DNA of 32,000 nucleotides from assembly GCA_934613415.1 (NCBI GenBank), contig CAKTSY010000001.1:330001-362000 (forward strand), written 5' to 3'. The DNA is from an uncultured Opitutales bacterium (GTDB lineage: Bacteria; Verrucomicrobiota; Verrucomicrobiia; Opitutales; Intestinicryptomonadaceae). Below, piece by piece: positions 14,948 to 24,534 of the stretch. Numbering within the stretch: position 1 is the first letter of the stretch; every line of letters starts with the position of its first letter. The notes below the pieces were generated by a model. That model searched no databases. It had not been told where the DNA came from and worked only from the letters and a program-made list of their open reading frames with translations. Position numbers and translations under genes: made by a program.

Positions 14948-15445
14948 TTAAATCTTGCCTTGCAACAATTCGTAAAGCTTGCGCTGAAATACGGGAATAT
15001 CTGCGTCGGGCGGCCTATAGTCGGGAACGGGCCCGCCCAAAGTCAGCCTGCCGGAATTGTCTAAGCCCCACTCCGCGCTTACGCCGTCGCTAAAGCGAAC
15101 CGTGCCGCTTGCCATAAAGCCAGGGCGTTGAATTTGGCTTAAAGAAACTTCAACTTCGCCCGAAGATTGCCCTTCGCCCTGCGGGGTGCTGTCGGTACTT
15201 TCAGCCTTGGGGGTTTCTGGAACTTTAGAAATATCCAAGCCGTCGTCGCCCGAAAGATTTTCGTCTTTCTTGGGTTCTGGGGCCGATTTCAATTCCAAAT
15301 CCAAATCGTCTAGCAGAAATCTTGTTTCCATAAAAGTCATCGAAATGGAAAACTTTTCCGCCAAAAGTTTTTGTATGTCGGATATAGACGCGCCATTGTT
15401 TAGCGCGTCTTTTACTGCCAAAATTTGCTCTTGAGTTAATTGCAT
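14948..15445 (-). CDS. Hypothetical 165-aa protein (helical N-domain, acidic S/E/P linker, C-terminal beta-like domain)
   Basis: ORF spaced 4 nt after the last pseudopilin gene and 21 nt before the sensor gene. No motif recognised. Confidence 0.6.
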   Translation of the reverse strand: MQLTQEQILAVKDALNNGASISDIQKLLAEKFSISMTFMETRFLLDDLDLELKSAPEPKKDENLSGDDGLDISKVPETPKAESTDSTPQGEGQSSGEVEVSLSQIQRPGFMASGTVRFSDGVSAEWGLDNSGRLTLGGPVPDYRPPDADIPVFQRKLYELLQGKI

Positions 15446-15449
15446 AAAA

Positions 15450-16529
15450 TTAAAGTCTTTCGCTCATAAAAGTTATGCGGCGAACAACCGTAACACTGTT
15501 TTGAACTACAATTTCCCTAAACTGGTCGGACGAAAGCATATTGCGCTCCATCCTCGCCTTCATTTCCTTTGCGCCCTGATCGGTAAGAACTGTAATCGAA
15601 ACATCGGCATATACAATAGAGCCGTTTTCAACCTGTTCTGGCATAACGTCGTAAGTATACGAACCTCTGGCATTCTTGCGGCGAAGAGGCGAATCTACCA
15701 AAATCTTTTCGGCAACGGTAAACTTTGTTCCGGGAGCAATTTCGGCGTACGACTTCGGCTCTTGGCCTGCCGCGCGCTTGTCTTCGTCGTAATACATAAC
15801 GGTAAAGCCAACCCTAAAATCTACAACGTTTTGCGCCAAAAAGTTTTCGGGCGAAAGCGTCCAAGTTTTAAGCACTGCCGACTTGCGCTGCCCGTCTTCG
15901 TCTAACAAATTGCAGTTTTGCGTAAACCAGAAATTTGCCAAAGCATCTTCCGCCGAATTTTCGTCTGAACCCTGAACATCGGGGCCTAGAACGTCGTCGA
16001 AAGTCGCCTGCGAATCTATAACCGCCCTATACATTCCGTAGAAGGCATTGTATTGGCGTATATTGTCGCTTTGGTTTGCCGACGATTGCAAAAAGGGGCT
16101 TTTTAACGCCAGTTTATAGCGCATTGCGCAAACGGAACCTGGAATCGGTTTTCTTTCGTAGGCATTTGCACTGTATTGGTCTTTTGTGTATCTTGGGCGC
16201 GCAACGGGCGAAGCAAAAAACATAATGTCGGGCGGAATCATAGGCACTGTGGCATCTGGATTTGTGCCCGTAAGCTGGCCTACGGTGTCGGTATAGACAA
16301 CCTCAAACCACGCCCCGCCGTCTTTTTTCATTATTGCGCTTTCAAGGTCGTCTTGCAGCATGCGCATAAGAACGTTTGCCTGAAAGTTTGCGCGAACCTC
16401 GCCGCTGGTTCTATTCCATGTGGTAAGAACCTTGCTTGCCAAGCCCAATACCACAACAAACACAACCGTCATAATCGAGGCTGCCGCCATTATTTCTATA
16501 AGAGTAAAAGCTTTTCTTTTTTTCGACAT
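15450..16529 (-). CDS. Large prepilin-type N-terminal cleavage/methylation domain protein (pseudopilin, GspK position)
   Basis: MSKKRKAFTLIEIMAAASIMTVVF. 359 aa, last and largest of five tandem pseudopilin genes. Confidence 0.8.
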   Translation of the reverse strand: MSKKRKAFTLIEIMAAASIMTVVFVVVLGLASKVLTTWNRTSGEVRANFQANVLMRMLQDDLESAIMKKDGGAWFEVVYTDTVGQLTGTNPDATVPMIPPDIMFFASPVARPRYTKDQYSANAYERKPIPGSVCAMRYKLALKSPFLQSSANQSDNIRQYNAFYGMYRAVIDSQATFDDVLGPDVQGSDENSAEDALANFWFTQNCNLLDEDGQRKSAVLKTWTLSPENFLAQNVVDFRVGFTVMYYDEDKRAAGQEPKSYAEIAPGTKFTVAEKILVDSPLRRKNARGSYTYDVMPEQVENGSIVYADVSITVLTDQGAKEMKARMERNMLSSDQFREIVVQNSVTVVRRITFMSERL

Positions 16530-16533
16530 AGCA

Positions 16534-17199
16534 CTACCTTAATTTCATTATTGTCGATTCTGCAACTCTGCGCTGGTCGTTCTGCGCCTCGGTTGCCGAT
16601 TTGTCGAGAATATCGGTTCGCGGGTCTATCATAATTTCGCACCTAATTGGCAAATAGGCTTCGGCATAGTTTTCTACAAGGGGCAAATTCGAACCCACTT
16701 GATAGCCGGAGGCCGCCGTATCTATGTTGGCTGCGTCTATAAACCTGCCTTCAAGCATTTCGCCGTTAACGGTTAAAACAACGCGGTAAATGTCGCCTGC
16801 AACCCTGTTGCGAAGCTCGTCGTTATCGGGCGGAGTGTTGGGAGTGCGCCCAGTGTCTTCCGAAGAACACATAACCATGGCCGTGTTGTCGAGGTCTTCG
16901 GGGTTGGTATATTCGTCCCAAAAATAGATAACGTAGGGGTTTGTGGGGTGCTCAACCCAAGAGTATACGTCTTCAAAGGTTTTGCTCTTTAAATAGGCTT
17001 CTACATTCTGCACAAGCGAAAGCGCTTTCGACTGCCTTTTAATTTGGGTTACCGATGCCGTTATTGCGCCGAGCAAGCCAACCAAAGCCGTTAGCGAAAC
17101 GGCAATAACGCCAACCGCCAACATAACTTCGACAAGCGTAAACGCCTTTTTTGCCTTGCCGCCAAGCTTTTGTTTAAAAGATTTTACAATGCTATACAT
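16534..17199 (-). CDS. Prepilin-type N-terminal cleavage/methylation domain protein (pseudopilin)
   Basis: GGKAKKAFTLVEVMLAVGVIAVSL after a ~15-aa basic leader. Confidence 0.8.
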   Translation of the reverse strand: MYSIVKSFKQKLGGKAKKAFTLVEVMLAVGVIAVSLTALVGLLGAITASVTQIKRQSKALSLVQNVEAYLKSKTFEDVYSWVEHPTNPYVIYFWDEYTNPEDLDNTAMVMCSSEDTGRTPNTPPDNDELRNRVAGDIYRVVLTVNGEMLEGRFIDAANIDTAASGYQVGSNLPLVENYAEAYLPIRCEIMIDPRTDILDKSATEAQNDQRRVAESTIMKLR

Positions 17200-17214
17200 A
17201 TCTAAAAAATTTAG

Positions 17215-17916
17215 CTATTTTTTTACTGTTGCCGTTTCCATTTCAAGATAGTCCGAAAAACCCACACAGTTGCCGAACCTGCGAATAACAAAGCCAAGCT
17301 GTTCGTTGGGGTTTTCTACTATAAGCAAATTTTTCGGTCCAAGCTCGCCCATTGCAACCGCAACCAAAGCCGAGGGATTTTCCGAAAAGCCTTCGGGGGC
17401 AAATTCGTAGCAATACCAGTCGCCATTGCCTTCCGACATAGACTGCGCCCTTTTGCTAAGCTCAGAAATGCCAACTATTGTGGGAGCACCGCTTGCGCCG
17501 GAATTGAATGTGCTTTTTATAACGTCGCCAACCTGATAGTTTTGGTTAACCGTGCAAAAGCTTTGAAAATCGCTTTCGGGAGGAACAAAGAAAACGCCCT
17601 TTGGCAAAATAGATTCGCTAATGGCTATCCAGCCTTTCGATTCGCCGTTTTCGTCCATATCTTCGTATACAACGCCGATATGGCGCAACATTCTTTCGTA
17701 GTCGCGCCCTTTGAATATAAGAACGCGAACCCTTGCCTGCTTTGCCTGTGCGGCACTTTTTGCTTCGTAGAAAGTAGACATTAAAATTTGTTGCGCCGAC
17801 TGCGCCAACTGCGTAGACCCCCCCATTTTTATTTTAGAAAAGCCAACCGCCATCGCCGCAATAATGGCGATAACAACAAGCAATTCTATAAGGGTAAAAG
17901 CGTTTCTGTTTTTCAT
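17215..17916 (-). CDS. Prepilin-type N-terminal cleavage/methylation domain protein (pseudopilin)
   Basis: MKNRNAFTLIELLVVIAIIAAM. Confidence 0.85.
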   Translation of the reverse strand: MKNRNAFTLIELLVVIAIIAAMAVGFSKIKMGGSTQLAQSAQQILMSTFYEAKSAAQAKQARVRVLIFKGRDYERMLRHIGVVYEDMDENGESKGWIAISESILPKGVFFVPPESDFQSFCTVNQNYQVGDVIKSTFNSGASGAPTIVGISELSKRAQSMSEGNGDWYCYEFAPEGFSENPSALVAVAMGELGPKNLLIVENPNEQLGFVIRRFGNCVGFSDYLEMETATVKK

Positions 17917-17919
17917 ATA

Positions 17920-18549
17920 TTACCAGCTGTATACGTTTTCGGAGCTGAAGTTTGCCCCGGGTTTGTTCGAGTCTTTTTCCAAAGTAAACATAAGCACCTT
18001 AGCCCTTACGCCCATAGACGAATTGGGAACTTGCTCTCTTACCTCTTCGCTTGTAAGACCGTCGGAAACGCTGGGCAAGCCCAGCTTTATAAAGCCGTTG
18101 CTGTCGCCGTCTACGCAAACGTAGATATTGGGGTTGCCGAATGCGTCTACCAACTTCCATTGGGTGGAACCTTCGGGTTGAATAAGGTTGTCGTTGTTAA
18201 AGTCTATAAAGCGCGCCGCCTTGCGGTTGTAGGAACGCTTGTCGGCAACCGATAGCTTCATACCGTCGGGGTTAACGCCGGTAAGGGTTTTTACCATATA
18301 TTCGGCATTGTTACCGTCGTCTAGATTGATTCTGTCTTTTTGGGTTAAAAATTCGGGGAAAAACCCGTATTCGCTTTGGTATTGCTCGAGAGCCGTGCTC
18401 ATTGCAACAAGGAAATTCCTTGTTTTCATAATAGATGTTCTTTTTTGTGCCGTGCTCATTGCGGGCATAAGCACCGACACCAAAACGCCGATAATGCCTA
18501 CAACGATTAGAAGTTCAACCAAAGTAAACGCTTTTTTGTTTTTGTTCAT
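17920..18549 (-). CDS. Prepilin-type N-terminal cleavage/methylation domain protein (pseudopilin)
   Basis: MNKNKKAFTLVELLIVVGIIGVL from ATG 18549. The track's start at 18603 is a TTG adding 18 aa. Confidence 0.8.
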   Translation of the reverse strand: MNKNKKAFTLVELLIVVGIIGVLVSVLMPAMSTAQKRTSIMKTRNFLVAMSTALEQYQSEYGFFPEFLTQKDRINLDDGNNAEYMVKTLTGVNPDGMKLSVADKRSYNRKAARFIDFNNDNLIQPEGSTQWKLVDAFGNPNIYVCVDGDSNGFIKLGLPSVSDGLTSEEVREQVPNSSMGVRAKVLMFTLEKDSNKPGANFSSENVYSW

Positions 18550-18617
18550 TTTTTGTATATAGGGTAATGTGTTTTTTGTTGTTTTAAAATTCTTACGAAG
18601 CAAACGTGCTTTTATAA

Positions 18618-19256
18618 TTAGTCTATGCCTCTTATAAGGTTGTCTTCGTTGCCGTTTTGGTTGCGATAGGCTTCAACATCGCGCAAAACGCCGTCCATAT
18701 ACATAGAGCCGAAGGGGAATGCCTTATTGTCGGGACCTTTGCAAAGCAGAATGTAGTTCGGGCTAAGCCATGCCGATTCTGCGCCTACAACCAAAGATGT
18801 GTCGTATATATAAACATAGGGTTCGCCCCACGGGTCTGCAAAGAAAACGCCCGATTTTTCCGGATCTACAATGCCGTCGTCGTTGCCCTGAACGCTACCC
18901 AAATTCATTTTGCTGGCGTCTATAAAGGGCCTACGGGGAGAGTCGTCGGGCATTGTAAGGAAGGTTATCTGCCCGTTTTTGGCGGTCATATACATTTTAC
19001 CAACCAAGCATTGATACAAACGCGCCGCCGAGTATTTTTCTTCGCCAGCGCACGAAATTCTGGGGTAGTCGCCGTAAACCGAGCGGAACTGCTCTAAAGC
19101 GTCGGCAATAAGCTCCATATCCGCCTTGGCGCGCGCCTTGCCTTGCGCGTCGGTCGAAGAGCCTAGCATTTGCGTTGTAATGCCCATCAGCATTATAATA
19201 ATGCCGACAACAATCATAATTTCTATTAGGGTAAAAGCCGAACGTTTCGATTTCAT
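18618..19256 (-). CDS. GspG-like major pseudopilin (type II secretion / type IV pilin-like), enlarged
   Basis: MKSKRSAFTLIEIMIVVGIIIML followed by GKARAKADMELIADALEQFRSVYGDYP, resembling the GspG helix. First gene of the operon. Confidence 0.75.
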   Translation of the reverse strand: MKSKRSAFTLIEIMIVVGIIIMLMGITTQMLGSSTDAQGKARAKADMELIADALEQFRSVYGDYPRISCAGEEKYSAARLYQCLVGKMYMTAKNGQITFLTMPDDSPRRPFIDASKMNLGSVQGNDDGIVDPEKSGVFFADPWGEPYVYIYDTSLVVGAESAWLSPNYILLCKGPDNKAFPFGSMYMDGVLRDVEAYRNQNGNEDNLIRGID

Positions 19257-19354
19257 TTAATGTATAAGTTGAAAATACTTTTAATCTGAATAGTTTGCAG
19301 GCTAAACGGCAAAATGTCAACATTCAAAGGCAAAAAGAAAGATGAAAATTAAAA

Positions 19355-19384
19355 TTGACTAACAGCCCTTTTTGCATCTATTGT
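19355..19384 (+). promoter_or_regulatory. Candidate sigma70-type promoter for tatA
   Basis: TTGACT (19355-19360) - 18 nt - TATTGT (19379-19384). Confidence 0.35.
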
Positions 19385-19393
19385 GGCGGGATT

Positions 19394-19633
19394 ATGATGA
19401 ACAATATTATAGCTTTTGGTATGCCAAGCGGGCCCGAACTGCTCGTTATTCTTTTAATAATACTCCTCCTTTTCGGTGCAAAAAGGCTGCCCGAATTGGC
19501 AAAGGGATTGGGCAAGTCTATTAAAGAGTTTAAAAAGGCTACAAGCGAAGCCGAAGAAACCTTTAAAGAGGCTATGAAAGACGAAGAACCCAAAAAGCCC
19601 GAACAGCCCAAAAACGAAGAAAAAAAAGACTAG
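19394..19633 (+). CDS. tatA: Twin-arginine translocase subunit TatA/E
   Basis: [37 protein letters not shown] is the TatA TM-hinge-amphipathic helix signature. The start is ambiguous (ATG 19394 or 19421; the track's 19355 is TTG). Confidence 0.88.
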   Translation: MMNNIIAFGMPSGPELLVILLIILLLFGAKRLPELAKGLGKSIKEFKKATSEAEETFKEAMKDEEPKKPEQPKNEEKKD

Positions 19634-19656
19634 GCTTTTGATAAAAGCACACAAAG

Positions 19657-19698
19657 AACCGCGAAAAGCAATATATGCCCGCGGTTTTTTCTTTTTTT
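19657..19698 (+). terminator. Intrinsic terminator after tatA
   Basis: AACCGCG (19657-19663) / CGCGGTT (19680-19686) followed by TTTTTTCTTTTTTT. Confidence 0.6.
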
Positions 19699-19809
19699 AG
19701 CCGCCCTTTATTTTAACATTTTTGTGTTGCTAAAAAGCCTTTATATGGCGTATCTTTTCTTTTTTAACATACAGCTACTACGACTTATTACCACAATATA
19801 TATAACGGA

Positions 19810-20721
19810 ATGAAAAAACTGTTGGCGTTTATTTTTATATCGGCTTTATGCGCCTTTGCAAATGCGCAGGAAGGCCGCTTGGCTTTGTTCGACGGCACTA
19901 GCGGCTACAATTTTAAGTCGTGGTACGAAATAAACCCGTCGTGTTGGGACATAACCGAAAACTTCAACTTCGACGAAGCTTTTGGAGTAGATAAAGAACG
20001 CTTTACCTCTTTGGGGGTAGAATATAGATCGGCAACAATATACAAGGGCAAAAAGGCTTCGGGCAACGCCGTGGCCGCCGTTTTTGAAGACCGCGGCCCC
20101 CTGTTTGCGGGCGAAGGCTACAACGTTATAACCGGCGTTTTGCCCGACAACCAACACTACACAAAAAGCCTTTGCGTTTTAAGCGGCTGGGTATACAATA
20201 TTTCAAAGTATGTAGATTTCGACATAGGTGGCACGCTATATTTTACCGAAGATGCCATTAACGCCGATTCTCGCATAGCAATAGACGGCGGCGAAAGATT
20301 TTCGGGAGACATATATGTGGGCTTTATAGGCAACCATTTTTTAAGGCCATTTGTTTACGGCTTTTACAATTTTAGCTTTTACCAATATGGCGTTATGGCG
20401 GGCTTTGCCCCCTCTTATAATTTAGAAAAGCTTACCGCCATAAAAAATCTTTCTTTAGACATAAAAGTATACGCCTCGTACGCGAAAGCCGAAAGGTTTT
20501 CCGCCGAAAGCACGGTTGGCGGCAAGTATTGGGAAAATTCGTACGGCTACATTCAAGCCTACGGCGGACTAAGCTGGGTTTTAAACAAGCACATAAAATT
20601 TAGCGGCGGCGTAGGCTATGCCGTTAATAACGACGGTCAGGGTTGCCGCGGCCCGTTGGGCGAAGACTTTGGCCCCGATATGAACGTATACGGCACGTTT
20701 TCGATTTCATACATTTTTTAA
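19810..20721 (+). CDS. Putative outer-membrane beta-barrel protein
   Basis: Signal peptide MKKLLAFIFISALCAFANAQ, alternating aromatic/hydrophobic strands and a C-terminal ...FSISYIF ending in Phe. Confidence 0.5.
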   Translation: MKKLLAFIFISALCAFANAQEGRLALFDGTSGYNFKSWYEINPSCWDITENFNFDEAFGVDKERFTSLGVEYRSATIYKGKKASGNAVAAVFEDRGPLFAGEGYNVITGVLPDNQHYTKSLCVLSGWVYNISKYVDFDIGGTLYFTEDAINADSRIAIDGGERFSGDIYVGFIGNHFLRPFVYGFYNFSFYQYGVMAGFAPSYNLEKLTAIKNLSLDIKVYASYAKAERFSAESTVGGKYWENSYGYIQAYGGLSWVLNKHIKFSGGVGYAVNNDGQGCRGPLGEDFGPDMNVYGTFSISYIF

Positions 20722-20741
20722 AATAGCGAAGGAATAACAAA

Positions 20742-22568
20742 ATGGATAGCGAATTAGCAAAGATTAGACACAGCGCCTCGCACATATTGGCGACGGCGGT
20801 TTTAAGACTGTTCCCCGAAGCAAAGTTGGACATCGGGCCCGCAACCGAAACCGGCTTTTACTACGACTTTGATTTGGACCATAAGTTTACGGCTCAAGAT
20901 TTGGAAAAAATCGAAGCCGAAATGAAAAAGATTGTAAACGAAAACCAGCACTTCGAAAAATTCACCCTTTCGAGAGCCGACGCCGAAAAGAAAATAAAGG
21001 AATTGGGCCAAGCCGAATACAAACTGGGCCGCCTAGCCGACATTCCCGAAGGCGAAGAAATTTCGTTCTACAAAAACGGCGATTTTTGCGACTTGTGCTG
21101 CGGCGAACACGTTAAGTATTCAAAGCAGGTAAAGGCGTTTAAACTTTTGTCGGTTGCCGGCGCCTACCACAGGGGCGACGAAAACAACAAACAGCTTCAG
21201 CGCATATACGGAACTGCATTTGCATCTAAAGACGAGCTTGAAAAATACCTAAATCAGCTTGAAGAAGCCAAGATGCGCGACCACCGCAAACTGGGCAAGG
21301 AAATGAACCTTTTCCTTATAGACGACAAGGTTGGCCAAGGCCTTATTTTGTGGAAGCCCAAGGGCGCAATGATTAGACAGTCGTTGCAAAACTTTATTTT
21401 GGAACTTTTGAACAAGCAGGGCTACCAGCAGGTATTTACGCCCGTAATCGGCAAATTGGGTCTGTTCCGCACAAGCGGGCACTTCCCCTACTACAAAGAC
21501 TCGCAGTTTGTGCCGATTATCGAAAGAGACGACCTGCGCGAAATGGCGGCAAAGCACGAAGACATTGCCAACTACGAAACGAAGCTTGAATCCGGCGAAG
21601 TAGACGGCTATTTGCTTAAGCCCATGAGCTGCCCGTTCCACGTTCAAATTTACAAGAGCGACCCGCACTCGTATAGAGACTTGCCCGTTCGCCTTGCAGA
21701 ATTCGGCAATGTTTACCGCTGGGAACAGTCGGGCGAGCTTAATGGTATGACTCGCGTTCGCGGCTTTACCCAAGACGACGCGCACATTTTCTGCACGCCC
21801 GAACAGCTCGACGCCGAAATTCAGGGCTGCCTTGACTTGGTAAAAACGGTGTTCGCAACAATAGGTATGAAGGAATACCGCGTAAGAATTTCCTTAAGAG
21901 ACCCGAAAAGCGACAAGTATGTGGGCTCCGACGAAAACTGGAACAAGAGCGAAAACGCAATACGCCAAGCGGCAAAATCTTTGGGCGTTCCCTTCTCGGA
22001 AGAATTGGGCGAAGCCGCTTTCTACGGCCCGAAAATCGACTTTGTAGTTAAAGACGTAATCGGCAGAGAATGGCAGCTTGGAACTGTTCAGGTAGACTAC
22101 AACCTGCCCGAACGTTTCGACATTAACTATATTGGCTCGGACAACAAGCCCCACCGCCCGATTATGATTCACCGCGCCCCCTTCGGCTCGCTAGAAAGAT
22201 TTACGGGCGTGCTTATAGAGCACTTCGGCGGCAAGTTCCCCACATGGTTGGCACCCGACCAAGTACGCATTTTAACCCTTAACGACGAAGTTATTCCCTT
22301 TGCCGACAAGGTTTTTGCGGCTTTGAAAGACGCGGGAGTACGCGTTTCGATAGACGTTTCGGGCGACAAGCTCGGCGGCAAAATACGCAGAGCGGAAACC
22401 GAAAAAGTTTCGCATATGTTCGTAATAGGCAAAAAGGAAGCCGAAGCCGAACTGGTATCGGTTCGTTCGCGTCTGCACAAGAGCTTCGACGGCCAGCACA
22501 ACTACAAAGACGCCGTACAAATGATTGTAGACGACATCAAACAAAGAACCCTTCCCGATTCGTTCTAA
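20742..22568 (+). CDS. thrS: Threonine--tRNA ligase lacking the N-terminal TGS domain
   Basis: Begins at the editing/second-additional domain (IRHSASHILATAVLRLFPEAKLDIGPATETGFYYDFDL). Also has RDHRKLGKEMNLF, class II motifs and an anticodon-binding C-terminus. Confidence 0.93.
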   Translation: MDSELAKIRHSASHILATAVLRLFPEAKLDIGPATETGFYYDFDLDHKFTAQDLEKIEAEMKKIVNENQHFEKFTLSRADAEKKIKELGQAEYKLGRLADIPEGEEISFYKNGDFCDLCCGEHVKYSKQVKAFKLLSVAGAYHRGDENNKQLQRIYGTAFASKDELEKYLNQLEEAKMRDHRKLGKEMNLFLIDDKVGQGLILWKPKGAMIRQSLQNFILELLNKQGYQQVFTPVIGKLGLFRTSGHFPYYKDSQFVPIIERDDLREMAAKHEDIANYETKLESGEVDGYLLKPMSCPFHVQIYKSDPHSYRDLPVRLAEFGNVYRWEQSGELNGMTRVRGFTQDDAHIFCTPEQLDAEIQGCLDLVKTVFATIGMKEYRVRISLRDPKSDKYVGSDENWNKSENAIRQAAKSLGVPFSEELGEAAFYGPKIDFVVKDVIGREWQLGTVQVDYNLPERFDINYIGSDNKPHRPIMIHRAPFGSLERFTGVLIEHFGGKFPTWLAPDQVRILTLNDEVIPFADKVFAALKDAGVRVSIDVSGDKLGGKIRRAETEKVSHMFVIGKKEAEAELVSVRSRLHKSFDGQHNYKDAVQMIVDDIKQRTLPDSF

Positions 22569-22590
22569 TAAATTCAAAAAAAGGAATTAT

Positions 22591-23487
22591 ATGAACTTTA
22601 ATATGCCAAAAGAAGCTCTTATGAGCGTAGACAACCTGCCCTTCAAAAAAGTGTCGAAGGGCAAGGTAAGAGAAAACTTCGACTTGGGCGACGAGCTGTT
22701 GATAGTTGCTACCGACAGAATTTCGGCGTTCGACTTTATTATGCCAAACGGCGTGCCAGGCAAAGGCGTTTTGCTTACGCAAATTTCGCTTTGGTGGTTC
22801 GAGCAAACAAAGTCGATAATGCAAAACCACTTGGTTGAAAACCACAGCCAAAGAATTAAAGAGCTTTTAAAAGACTATCCCGAGCTTATAGACAGATCTA
22901 TGATAGTTAAAAAGCTAAACCCCATGCCGATTGAAGCAATCGCAAGGGGCTATTTGGCAGGCAGCGGCTGGAAGGAATATAAAACAACGGGCAAACTTTT
23001 TGAATTTACACTGCCTGCCAATATGCAGGAAAGCCAGAAGCTGCCCGAAGTTTTGTTTACCCCCACAACCAAGGCGCAGGAAGGCCACGATATGCCCATA
23101 ACAAACGCAGAATGCGCAAAGCTTTTGGGGCAAGACCTATTTAACAACATAAAAGAATCTTGCATAAAGCTTTATAAATTCGGGCACGAACAGGCGGCAA
23201 AGTGCGGCATAATTTTGGCCGACACAAAATTCGAGTTCGGCACCGACAAAGACGGCAATCTCTTCCTTATAGACGAAGTTTTAACGCCCGACTCTTCCAG
23301 ATATTGGCCGGCCGACAAATACGAAATAGGCAGGGCGCAGGCTTCGTACGATAAGCAGTATGTGCGCGACTATCTCGAAAAAGACTTAAAGTGGAACAAG
23401 CAGCCGCCCGTTCCCGCGCTGCCCGAAAACGTAATCGAAAACACAATAAAGTGCTATTCGAGCGCGTTGGAAAAGTTGATGAAATAA
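22591..23487 (+). CDS. purC: Phosphoribosylaminoimidazole-succinocarboxamide (SAICAR) synthase
   Basis: GKVRENFDLGDELLIVATDRISAFDFIM, LADTKFEFG and DEVLTPDSSRYW. Confidence 0.93.
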   Translation: MNFNMPKEALMSVDNLPFKKVSKGKVRENFDLGDELLIVATDRISAFDFIMPNGVPGKGVLLTQISLWWFEQTKSIMQNHLVENHSQRIKELLKDYPELIDRSMIVKKLNPMPIEAIARGYLAGSGWKEYKTTGKLFEFTLPANMQESQKLPEVLFTPTTKAQEGHDMPITNAECAKLLGQDLFNNIKESCIKLYKFGHEQAAKCGIILADTKFEFGTDKDGNLFLIDEVLTPDSSRYWPADKYEIGRAQASYDKQYVRDYLEKDLKWNKQPPVPALPENVIENTIKCYSSALEKLMK

Positions 23488-23506
23488 GCTTTTTAATTTG
23501 CATTTT

Positions 23507-23537
23507 AGCCCGCAAAATTTTTGCGGGCTTTTTTTTA
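23507..23537 (+). terminator. Intrinsic terminator after purC
   Basis: AGCCCGCA (23507-23514) / TGCGGGCT (23522-23529) followed by an 8-T run. Confidence 0.85.
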
Positions 23538-23604
23538 CAAAAATAATTTTCCACAAAAAATTTTGTTGACCGAAATGCCCCTTGCGCAAAAATTCCGTTT
23601 TGCT

Positions 23605-23808
23605 ATGCAAAGAATTGCACTTCTTATAATTGCCGCCCTGTTGCTAAATGCCTGCGCCGAAAGCGAAGAATTTTCGCAAACTTCGCAAAATAAAAACTGG
23701 ATATACGACAATTCGTCGATATCCGAAAAAGACAACGCCCAATCGCAAAAAAGCGAAAACTCGGCAAGCGAATTTTTCGACAAACTGCAGTTTTGGCTAG
23801 GCGACTAA
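23605..23808 (+). CDS. Small lipoprotein (67 aa)
   Basis: MQRIALLIIAALLLNAC has a lipobox LNAC. ATG 23605 is preferred over the track's upstream start, which overlaps the purC terminator. Confidence 0.55.
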   Translation: MQRIALLIIAALLLNACAESEEFSQTSQNKNWIYDNSSISEKDNAQSQKSENSASEFFDKLQFWLGD

Positions 23809-23858
23809 CCCAAAAATTTTGCCGCAAAAAATCCGCCTAAAAAGGCTGCAAAACGCAT

Positions 23859-24425
23859 TTATTTTTTTATGAGATTGTAGAAAATATCTACATCTTCAAC
23901 AATACGCTTGCATACATATTCGTTCGACGGCGTTTCGCTAATATAGCTTGTTCTGCCGAATATGGCAAGGAGCGTTGCCCCCACAAAACTTTCGGAAATA
24001 TCCTTTATTTCGCCGCGCAAAACTGCGTTGTGTATTACCATTCTGGCACTTGCAAAGCCCGCAAAAAGCAGCTGTTTAAAATTTTCGTCGGCCTGCATAT
24101 AGGCGGAATACAGCGTGTTGTATTTTAAAATTTCAACGGGCGAGCCGTCTATATCAACAATCTTCGACAGCGCAAATTTTGCATAGTCTAAATATTGGCT
24201 AAGCGACATATTTTCGTAGTCTAGCTTTTCCAGGTAGCGCGTGTAGAAATATTGCGTGCAAGCCTGCAAAAACAAGTCCGACTTAGACGAAAAATAGCGA
24301 TACATCAGACCTCTGGAAATTCCCAAAGCCTGTTGTATATCGCTAACCAAAACCCTGTCGTAGCCTTTTTCTAAAAGCAGCAAAAAGGTGGTTTTTAAAA
24401 TCTTTTCCTTTGTAGTTGCAGACAT
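23859..24425 (-). CDS. TetR/AcrR family transcriptional regulator
   Basis: N-terminal HTH KEKILKTTFLLLLEKGYDRVLVSDIQQALGISRGLMYRYFSSKSDLF. Confidence 0.9.
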   Translation of the reverse strand: MSATTKEKILKTTFLLLLEKGYDRVLVSDIQQALGISRGLMYRYFSSKSDLFLQACTQYFYTRYLEKLDYENMSLSQYLDYAKFALSKIVDIDGSPVEILKYNTLYSAYMQADENFKQLLFAGFASARMVIHNAVLRGEIKDISESFVGATLLAIFGRTSYISETPSNEYVCKRIVEDVDIFYNLIKK

Positions 24426-24534
24426 TGTCTGCTTAAACTCGCATATTTTACCGGGCTTTTCAAGCCGTATATTGCAATTTTTGCTTTTTTACTAAACGGG
24501 CAATTTTTGCCTTTGATTTTAATCGCCAAGAAAA

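Noticed and set aside
18550-18603. TTG-initiated 18-aa extension of the second pseudopilin
   Set aside because: Prepilin leaders are short and basic. ATG 18549 gives MNKNKKAFTLVELL, matching the sibling genes.
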